From the NCBI GenBank assembly GCA_002633005.1, contig NMRA01000279.1:464422-528421 (forward strand): a stretch of DNA of 64,000 nucleotides, given 5' to 3'. This stretch comes from Phoronis australis. Lineage: Eukaryota; Animalia; Phoronida. Below the pieces are notes generated by a model, which saw nothing but the letters and a program-made list of their open reading frames with translations, ran no database searches and had not been told where the DNA came from. The translations under genes and the position numbers were made by a program. Below, one piece after another: positions 59,401 through 64,000 of the stretch (position 1 is its first letter; each line of letters begins with the position of its first letter).

Positions 59401-62400
59401 AAAGTTAGGTACAATAAAACATTTAAGGAGCAAGAAAGAAAAGAAATGTAAAAAATGAGAGACTGACATTGTTTGATTTAGCCAGAAATGGGCCTGGTCA
59501 ATACTTTGTTTCCGTTGTTTGTGTTCGATAACCTCTTCCTTCTGAGAGATCAATCAGTTTTAAGGCAGAAGTCGTCATCGAGAACAACGAGATGTCTAAA
59601 GCAATTATTCAACAATGCTGCGGCGGAAAACTATCAATTGGAAGCAGTGTCTCAAGACGAAATATCGGTCATTGAGATCCCCCGTTTCGACTGCCAGTTT
59701 TTCTCAATGACTACATGTAGGTTTGCACGAAACCAAAGGAAAATACAAAATAATACGTACTTGTGCATGACAAAGCAGTTCCAGTCCAAGCTCCGTCAGA
59801 TTCACATAGGCGTGTAGTGTTACCACCTGTCGATTCATAGCCGTCGTCACATGAATAAGTAGCTGTTCCTTGGTAAGTGGTGGATGTAGTCGTGACGTTG
59901 GAATTTGCGTTGGCGGTTGGTTGGCCACAATTTATTACTGGAAATTATGAAAAGAGAAAGAGGCACATTAACATATAAGTTCACAAGTCTCCTTTACAAA
60001 TGTACTCACTTTCTTATATTGGTCGAATTTCATTACAACTCTCTCGTTATTAATCTAGATCATGATGAAGCAAATGGTAGATCTTAATTATGATCCTTTA
60101 AGTCATTGGAGACCAACACGCACATGGCAGTTAGTGTCACAATAGTGTATGCAAAATCTTATGCATTGATGTCATGAAGACTTTCGATAAGTTTAAGGCT
60201 CTCGTTGGAACAGGAAAAGAGATATTATAAATATAACAAAAGTTAGGTACAATACAACATTAAAGGAGCCAGAAAGAAAAGAAATATAAAAAATGAGAGA
60301 CTGACATTGTTTGATTTAGCCAGAAATGGGCCTGGTCAATACTTTGTTTCCGTTGTTTGTGCTCGATAACCACATCCTTCTGAGAGATCTATCAGCTGTA
60401 AGGCAGGAGTCGTCATCGAGAACAACGAGATGTCTAAAGCAATTATTCAACAATGCTGCTACGGAAAAATCTATCAATTGCAAGCAGCGTCTAAAGAAGA
60501 AATATCGGTCATTGAGATCAACCGTTTCGACTGCCAGTTTTTCTTAAGGACTGTTATGTAATATTTTAGGTTTGCACGAAACTAAAAGCAAATACAAAAT
60601 AGTACGTACTTGTGCATGACAAAGCAGTTCCAGTCCAAGCTCCGTCAGACGCACATAGGCGTGTAGTGTTACCACCTGTCGATTCATAGCCGTCGTCACA
60701 TGAATAAGTAGCTGTTCCTTGGTAAGTGGTGGATGTAGTCGTGACGTTGGAATTTGCGTTGACGGTTGGTTGGCCACAATCTTTTACTGGAAATTATGAA
60801 AAGAGAAAGAGGCACATTAACATGTATGTTCACACGTCTCCTTTACAAATGTACTCACGTTCTTATATTGGTCGAATTTCATTACAACTCTCTCGTTATT
60901 AATATAGATCATGATGAAGCAACTGGTAAAGCTTAATTATGATGGTTTAAGTCATTGGAGGCCAACACGCACATGGCAGTTAGTGTCACATTAGAGTATG
61001 CAAAATCTTAAGCATTGATGTTCATGAAGACTGTGGATAACTTCAAGGCTCTTGTTGGCACAGGAAAAGAGATATTATAAATATAACAAATGTTAGGCAC
61101 AATACAACATTTCAGGAAGAAGAAAGAAAAGAAATACAAGAGCAACGCAGAGCGTTGAAATGCGCCCACCATTGCACCGCATACGGTATCCTTCTAGGGT
61201 TGGTTATTAGTACCATAAAGTGGCCAGTAGAGGGCATATATGTAGTATGTTGAACTTTGCAAAATGGAAAGGCATGGTCCATGTCTCCTCAATAGGCTAG
61301 GGGCAAAATGTGAGTAATCTTGACAATACAAGCACATCCTATACACCCGCTGCTTAAAGCACCACAGAAACATAGAATTAAAAACAAATTTACCAACATA
61401 CGAGATTAGCACAGCATTAGAATGCCAGAAACAAATTTCTACTTGGAACTTTCCCTTCATAGTCATGAAGTAACACAAAGTACACACCTGAAGAAAATAC
61501 AGAGGTTAATGTAAAATACTAAAATTGCCACTAGAGGAATACCGGTAGTCAGAATCATCCTAAAGTCGTCATCGTCCGTTGTCAACATCACATAAATACA
61601 CTTGCTAAATTTAGTAATAATGCGTCCACATATAAATATGTGGGCGCACAATAAAGATCCTGCAAACAGTTTGGGAGATACAGCCATGGACGCAAAAAAA
61701 CAAAACTACCACTAGGAGGCGCCACAGTAGTCCAAATCATCTGAAAATCATTGTCAGCTCTCTTCCTTATAGTAAGCACATACACGCCAATTTTCACAAT
61801 CATCTTTTGAGCGGTTTGGTTGATAGAGGGATGGACGCAAAAATACAGACTCGAAAACACTAAAAATGGCCACTAGGTGGCGCAAACTATGTTAAATCCA
61901 TCTGAAAACAGGAGGATAGCGTCATCTTACTAATAGGTGCCTACATACCAAATTTCATGAAAATCCGTTAAGGACTTTTGAAGATACAAAGGTAAGCGTA
62001 AAAAACTAAAATTGCCACCAGCGGGCACACCGGTAGTCGAATCCGTCCAAAAGTCGTCATCTTCCGTTGTTAACATCATATATATATACTTACACAATTT
62101 CGTAAAGATCCTGCGAACGGTTTAGGAGATACAGCCATAGGCGCAAAAAATAAAACTGCCACTAGGAGGTTCCACAGTAGTCGAAATCGTCGGAAAATCA
62201 TCGTCAACCGTCCTCTACATAGTAAGCATATACATGCCAATTTTCACAATCATCTTTTGAGCGGTTTGGTTGATAGAGGGGTGGACGCACAAAAACAGAC
62301 TCGAAAACACTAAAATTGGCCACTAGGTGGCGCAAACTATGTCGAATCCATCTGAAAATGGGAGGATAGCGTTATCTCACTAACAGGTGCCTACATACCA

Positions 62401-64000
62401 AATTTCATGAAAATCCAATAAGGACTTGTAAAGATACAAAGGTAAGCGTAAAAAAACTAAAATTGCGACTAGGGGGCACACCGGTAGTCGAATCCGTCCA
62501 AAAGTCGTGATCTTCCGTTGTTAACATCATATAAATATACTTACAAAATTTCGTAAAGATCCTGCGAACGGTTTAGGAGATACAGCCATAGGCGCTAAAA
62601 AAACAAAACTGCCACTAGGAGGTTCCACAGTAGTCGAAATCGTCGGAAAATCATCGTCAACCGTCCTCTACATAGTAAGCATATACATGCCAATTTTCAC
62701 AATCATCCTTTGAGCGGTTTGGTTGATAGAGGGGTGGACGCAAAAATACAGACTCGAAAACAGTAAAAATGGCCACTAGGTGGCGCAAACTATGTCGAAT
62801 CCATCTGAAAACGGGAGGATAGCGTCATCTCACTAATAGGTGCCTACATACCAAATTTCATGAAAATCCATTCAGGACTTTTGAAGATACAAAGGTAAGC
62901 GTAAAAAACTAAAATTGCCACTAGGGGGCACACCGGTAGTCGGATCCGTCCAAAAGTCGTCATCTTCCGTTGTTAACATCATATAAATATACTTACACAA
63001 TTTCGTAAAGATCCTGCGAACGGTTTAGGAGATACAGCCATAGGCGCAAAAAAAAAAAAACTGCCACTAGGAGGCGCCACAGTAGTCGAAATCGTCGGAA
63101 AATCATCGTCAACCGTCCTCTACATAGTAAGCATATACATGCCAATTTTCACAATCATCCTTTGAGCGGTTTGGTTGATAGAGGGGTGGACGCACAAAAA
63201 CAGACTCGAAAACACTAAAAATGGCCACTAGGTGGCGCAAACTATGTCGAATCCATCTGAAAACGGGAGGATAGCGTCATCTCACTAATAGGTGCCTACA
63301 TACCAAATTTCATGAAAATCCGGACTTTTGAAGATACAAAGGTAAGCGTAAAAAAATAAAATTGCCACTAGGGGGCACACCGGTAGACAGATCCGTCCGA
63401 AAGTTCGCACATGCCGTCCCATTCATGATTGGAACATATGCCAAATTTCCTGAACGTATGTCAAAGGGTTTGGAGATAGAGCAGCGGACGCCGGACGCCG
63501 GACGCCGGACGCTGCCCGGACGGACGGACGGACGGACGGACGGACGGACGGACGGACGGACGGACAGAGATGACGGCATAATGCGTCCACATATAAATAT
63601 GTGGACGCATAATAAAAAATGAGAGACCGCCATTGTTTGACTTACCCAGAAATGGGCCTGGTCAATACTTTGTTTCCGTTGTTTGTGCTCGATAATCACT
63701 TCTTTCCGAGAGATCAATCAGTTGTAAGGCAGAAGTCGTCATCGAGAACAACGAGATGTCTAAAGCAATTATTCAACAATGCTGCGACGGAAAAATCTAT
63801 CAATTGCAAGCAGTGTCTAAAGAAGAAATATCGGTCATTGAGATCCCCCGTTTCGACTGCCAGTTTTTCTTAAGGACTGTTATGTAATATTTTAGATTTG
63901 CACGAAACCAAAACCAAATACAAAATAGTACGTACTTGTGCATGACAAAGCAGTTCCAGTCCAAGCTCCGTCAGACCCACATAGGCGTGTAGTGTTACCA
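8323..64000 (-). CDS. Giant multi-exon type I transmembrane mucin-like gene (Sushi x>=27, 2 SEA, NIDO-AMOP-VWD, ~20 EGF, Thr-rich repeat, TM); MUC4/SUSD2/Mesh-like; 5' end outside the window
   Basis: 56 manually traced GT-AG exons with compatible phases and no in-frame stop, ~11.5 kb coding, ending in TAG at 8323-8325. Domains recognised from Cys patterns and motifs. Confidence 0.9.
8881..9057 (-). CDS. Exon: end of juxtamembrane EGF plus transmembrane helix
   Basis: [10 protein letters not shown]...[34 protein letters not shown] (hydrophobic helix then basic stop-transfer); AG/GTAAGT. Confidence 0.9.
9618..9693 (-). CDS. Exon: first half of juxtamembrane EGF
   Basis: [25 protein letters not shown]; phase 1 to 2. 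Confidence 0.85.
11857..12011 (-). CDS. Exon: membrane-proximal SEA domain, part 3
   Basis: [15 protein letters not shown]..., contains the SEA GSVV motif; GTGAGT donor. Confidence 0.85.
12362..12423 (-). CDS. Exon: membrane-proximal SEA domain, part 2
   Basis: 62 bp, [21 protein letters not shown]; phase 0 to 2. Confidence 0.8.
12659..12768 (-). CDS. Exon: membrane-proximal SEA domain, part 1
   Basis: [36 protein letters not shown]; phase 1 to 0. Confidence 0.85.
14918..17120 (-). CDS. 2.2-kb exon: 8 EGF/cbEGF domains plus Thr/Ser/Gln/Pro mucin repeat
   Basis: Inside ORF 14871-17267; repeated [30 protein letters not shown] followed by [12 protein letters not shown] repeats; CAG/GTAAGT. 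Confidence 0.95.
14960..16120 (-). repeat. Coding 36-bp (12-aa) tandem repeat, about 30 units, mucin PTS-like
   Basis: Unit on + strand approximately GTTGCCAGTTGTTCAGACGTAACGGTCTCTTGAGTC. Confidence 0.95.
17655..18076. mobile_element. Non-autonomous Kolobok-like TIR element (TTAA-flanked)
   Basis: TTAA-AGATGCATAGTCTCATTAAATTGTGAAT ... ATTCACAGTTTTAATGAGACGTAGCATTT-TTAA; homologous in inverted orientation to 21630-22067. Confidence 0.65.
18177..18430 (-). CDS. Exon: two cbEGF domains
   Basis: [12 protein letters not shown]...[11 protein letters not shown]...CFGID; joins in phase 0 to ECSF of the next exon. Confidence 0.9.
19337..19591 (-). CDS. Exon: laminin/MEGF-type EGF plus cbEGF
   Basis: [17 protein letters not shown]...[19 protein letters not shown]... 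Confidence 0.9.
21150..21278 (-). CDS. Exon: cbEGF
   Basis: [43 protein letters not shown]; phase 1-1. Confidence 0.9.
21630..22067. mobile_element. Non-autonomous Kolobok-like TIR element (TTAA-flanked)
   Basis: TTAA-AGACGCTATGTCCCATTAAAACCGTGAAT ... ATTCACAATTTAATGAGACATAGCGTCT-TTAA. Confidence 0.7.
22159..22284 (-). CDS. Exon: EGF
   Basis: [41 protein letters not shown]. Confidence 0.9.
22567..22695 (-). CDS. Exon: cbEGF
   Basis: [39 protein letters not shown]. Confidence 0.9.
23491..23619 (-). CDS. Exon: cbEGF
   Basis: [43 protein letters not shown]. Confidence 0.9.
23865..24779. repeat. ~450-bp direct duplication flanking a single N (probable assembly overlap)
   Basis: 23865-24327 and 24329-24779 are nearly identical, differing by a 12-bp indel and a few SNPs; N at 24328. 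Confidence 0.85.
25276..25440 (-). CDS. Exon: EGF-like
   Basis: [25 protein letters not shown]...[18 protein letters not shown]. Confidence 0.88.
25562..25634. mobile_element. ~70-bp GC-rich micro-MITE
   Basis: TIR CATGGGCGGCGCA / TGCGCCGCCCATG; related copies at 36022-36156. Confidence 0.6.
25892..26067 (-). CDS. Exon: end of beta-sandwich segment plus atypical EGF
   Basis: [28 protein letters not shown]...TCLCSTGWE; phase 2 to 1. Confidence 0.8.
26194..26413 (-). CDS. Exon: cadherin/Ig-like segment after VWD
   Basis: [36 protein letters not shown]...VQWTP. Confidence 0.82.
26655..26891 (-). CDS. Exon: end of VWD region with Cys-rich CLFD motif
   Basis: [11 protein letters not shown]...[17 protein letters not shown], as seen after VWD in MUC4/SUSD2-type proteins. 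Confidence 0.88.
27660..27854 (-). CDS. Exon: VWD domain, part 3
   Basis: ...[21 protein letters not shown] (VWD GLxGN..DDF motif). Confidence 0.9.
29071..29184 (-). CDS. Exon: VWD domain, part 2
   Basis: [38 protein letters not shown]; phase 1-1. Confidence 0.82.
30020..30244 (-). CDS. Exon: VWD domain, part 1
   Basis: [27 protein letters not shown]...FQLQGRT. Confidence 0.9.
31626..31848 (-). CDS. Exon: AMOP domain, part 2
   Basis: [11 protein letters not shown]...[10 protein letters not shown]...CELFHERRP. Confidence 0.88.
32038..32282 (-). CDS. Exon: end of NIDO and AMOP domain, part 1
   Basis: GKWVHRLD...KCLTW...QDCPP...FCYY. Confidence 0.85.
32800..33301. mobile_element. Degenerate MITE with internal ~22-bp subrepeats
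   Basis: Imperfect TIR TACGAATTGCCAAACGG / CCATTTGGCGCTTCATA; TTAATCAACGCG repeats on the left and inverted CGCGTTGATTAA on the right. Confidence 0.45.
34042..34261 (-). CDS. Exon: NIDO domain core
   Basis: [21 protein letters not shown]...VYAGY. Confidence 0.9.
35077..35382 (-). CDS. Exon: NIDO domain, N-terminal part
   Basis: DGVIGM...FLAPFW...[14 protein letters not shown]. Confidence 0.9.
36022..36156. mobile_element. Two adjacent copies of the ~70-bp micro-MITE
   Basis: Both end in CCCCAC.TTTTTCA.TGCTGCGCCGCC.ATG; reverse-complement match to 25562-25634. Confidence 0.55.
36677..36816 (-). CDS. Exon: segment leading into NIDO
   Basis: [15 protein letters not shown]...[14 protein letters not shown]; phase 1 to 0 bridges the flanking exons. 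Confidence 0.75.
37039..37158 (-). CDS. Exon: cbEGF
   Basis: [39 protein letters not shown]. Confidence 0.9.
37705..37881 (-). CDS. Sushi/CCP exon
   Basis: 177 bp, phase 1-1; ISCGSP...YSCILGY...[15 protein letters not shown]. Confidence 0.9.
38223..38399 (-). CDS. Sushi/CCP exon
   Basis: 177 bp; VQCPPP...YSCNAGF...[15 protein letters not shown]. Confidence 0.9.
38697..38873 (-). CDS. Sushi/CCP exon
   Basis: 177 bp; VSCGNP...YVCSSGY...[15 protein letters not shown]. Confidence 0.9.
39704..39880 (-). CDS. Sushi/CCP exon
   Basis: 177 bp; ISCGEP...YQCVAGF...[15 protein letters not shown]. Confidence 0.9.
40149..40325 (-). CDS. Sushi/CCP exon
   Basis: 177 bp; VSCEDP...YTCDLGY...[15 protein letters not shown]. 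Confidence 0.9.
41194..41370 (-). CDS. Sushi/CCP exon
   Basis: 177 bp; IKCGIP...YSCDPGF...[15 protein letters not shown]. Confidence 0.9.
41485..41661 (-). CDS. Sushi/CCP exon
   Basis: 177 bp; VSCGVP...YDCVSGY...[15 protein letters not shown]. Confidence 0.9.
41826..42040. mobile_element. MITE-like element with a perfect 60-bp central palindrome (41892-41951)
   Basis: Outer inverted repeat TTGACCTATCGC / GCGATAGGTCAA; inner AATAGCGGCTTGGAAACGAAGGTGTGTCAA|TTGACACACCTTCGTTTCCAAGCCGCTATT. Confidence 0.65.
42133..42309 (-). CDS. Sushi/CCP exon
   Basis: 177 bp; VSCVKP...YACDLGY...[15 protein letters not shown]; weaker AAG acceptor. Confidence 0.88.
42689..42865 (-). CDS. Sushi/CCP exon
   Basis: 177 bp; VSCGNP...YSCDIGY...[15 protein letters not shown]. 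Confidence 0.9.
44428..44604 (-). CDS. Sushi/CCP exon (same subtype as the tandem array)
   Basis: 177 bp; [33 protein letters not shown]...WTGTALSCT. Confidence 0.9.
45255..45431 (-). CDS. Sushi/CCP exon (same subtype as the tandem array)
   Basis: 177 bp; [33 protein letters not shown]...WTGTALSCT. Confidence 0.9.
46169..47010 (-). mobile_element. HINE / DINE-1-like element, copy B (shorter, diverged)
   Basis: Same (GGAC)n tract, terminal hairpin and internal repeats; left end partly deleted. Confidence 0.72.
47251..47427 (-). CDS. Sushi/CCP exon
   Basis: 177 bp; VGCGSP...YACDSGY...[15 protein letters not shown]. Confidence 0.9.
47840..48016 (-). CDS. Sushi/CCP exon
   Basis: 177 bp; VSCGSP...YACDTGY...[15 protein letters not shown]. 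Confidence 0.9.
48972..49151 (-). CDS. Sushi/CCP exon (divergent)
   Basis: 180 bp; INCSEP...VTYKCKPGY...[15 protein letters not shown]. Confidence 0.88.
49693..49865 (-). CDS. Exon: distal SEA domain, part 3
   Basis: (R)[15 protein letters not shown]...; phase 2 to 1. Confidence 0.82.
50348..50409 (-). CDS. Exon: distal SEA domain, part 2
   Basis: 62 bp; [21 protein letters not shown]; phase 0 to 2. Confidence 0.8.
50710..50822 (-). CDS. Exon: distal SEA domain, part 1
   Basis: [37 protein letters not shown]; phase 1 to 0. Confidence 0.82.
51322..51498 (-). CDS. Sushi/CCP exon
   Basis: 177 bp; VSCGPP...YACDAGY...[15 protein letters not shown]. Confidence 0.9.
52135..52311 (-). CDS. Sushi exon, array unit
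   Basis: [58 protein letters not shown]; AG/GTACGT. Confidence 0.88.
52985..53161 (-). CDS. Sushi exon, array unit
   Basis: 177 bp, open frame, intact AG/GT. Confidence 0.88.
53832..54008 (-). CDS. Sushi exon, array unit
   Basis: 177 bp, open frame, intact AG/GT. Confidence 0.88.
54680..54856 (-). CDS. Sushi exon, array unit
   Basis: 177 bp, open frame, intact AG/GT. Confidence 0.88.
55528..55704 (-). CDS. Sushi exon, array unit
   Basis: 177 bp, open frame, intact AG/GT. Confidence 0.88.
56378..56554 (-). CDS. Sushi exon, array unit
   Basis: 177 bp, open frame, intact AG/GT. Confidence 0.88.
57226..57402 (-). CDS. Sushi exon, array unit
   Basis: 177 bp, open frame, intact AG/GT. Confidence 0.88.
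58075..58251 (-). CDS. Sushi exon, array unit
   Basis: 177 bp, open frame (CDVGYKS variant), intact AG/GT. Confidence 0.88.
58922..59098 (-). CDS. Sushi exon, array unit
   Basis: 177 bp, open frame, intact AG/GT. Confidence 0.88.
59761..59937 (-). CDS. Sushi exon, array unit
   Basis: 177 bp, open frame, intact AG/GT. Confidence 0.88.
60610..60786 (-). CDS. Sushi exon, array unit
   Basis: 177 bp, open frame, intact AG/GT. Confidence 0.88.
61137..63612 (-). mobile_element. HINE / DINE-1-like element, copy C, with internal ~450-bp (3 x ~150 bp) tandem array, inserted in an array intron
   Basis: Empty site GAAATA|TAAAAAATGAG is present in sister units; subterminal inverted repeat ATGCGCCCAC / GTGG(A/G)CGCAT, both hairpins and (GGAC)n present; no clear target-site duplication. 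Confidence 0.82.
63936..64000 (-). CDS. Sushi exon, array unit (partial, cut by the window edge)
   Basis: [21 protein letters not shown] followed by GTACGT donor. Confidence 0.85.

Larger units (their letters stand above)
52050..64000 (-). repeat. Tandem array of ~848-bp units, each one 177-bp Sushi exon plus ~670-bp intron; 11 complete exons and 1 truncated by the window edge
   Basis: Exon low-coordinate edges at 52135, 52985, 53832, 54680, 55528, 56378, 57226, 58075, 58922, 59761, 60610, 63936. Spacing is 839-850 bp except where the HINE is inserted. Confidence 0.97.

Noticed and set aside
52069-60777. Repeated small ORFs such as [14 protein letters not shown]..., MRWRLVGH... and MGLVNTLF... 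as a peptide gene family
   Set aside because: They are wrong-frame or antisense readings of the Sushi exon and its repeated intron; the Cys/Trp-patterned frame with splice sites explains the unit.
52050-64000. CRISPR-like array or Dscam-type mutually exclusive exon cluster
   Set aside because: The spacers are homologous introns rather than unique sequences and no cas genes are present. Exons are nearly identical, have canonical sites and ~670-bp introns, and I saw no docking/selector elements, so tandem inclusion is the simpler reading.
8323-64000. Assigning a symbol such as MUC4, SUSD2, SVEP1 or CSMD
   Set aside because: Domain order matches none of them (no CUB, vWA or pentraxin seen), and orthology cannot be shown without a phylogeny.

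Overview
Eukaryotic (intron-rich, AT-rich, most likely invertebrate metazoan) genomic DNA. Most of the window (8.3-64 kb, minus strand) is the 3' part of one very large spliced gene. I traced 56 GT-AG exons whose phases join into a single open frame of about 3,850 aa, with the N-terminus lying beyond the right edge. Domain order from N to C: at least 13 Sushi/CCP, SEA, 14 Sushi, EGF, NIDO, AMOP, VWD, a cadherin/Ig-like beta segment, about 18 EGF/cbEGF, a 12-aa Thr-rich mucin repeat, a second SEA, EGF, a transmembrane helix and a short Tyr-containing tail. This is a MUC4/SUSD2/Mesh-like transmembrane mucin with an unusual Sushi extension. The most upstream Sushi exons form a young tandem array of about 848-bp exon+intron units (52-64 kb). 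Introns and the downstream flank hold three copies of a Helentron/DINE-1-like (HINE) element whose internal repeats carry CTCF-like motifs, two Kolobok-like TTAA elements, several MITEs and palindromes, THAP-domain remnants, and a probable assembly duplication around the single N. No prokaryotic system, RNA gene or CRISPR array is supported.
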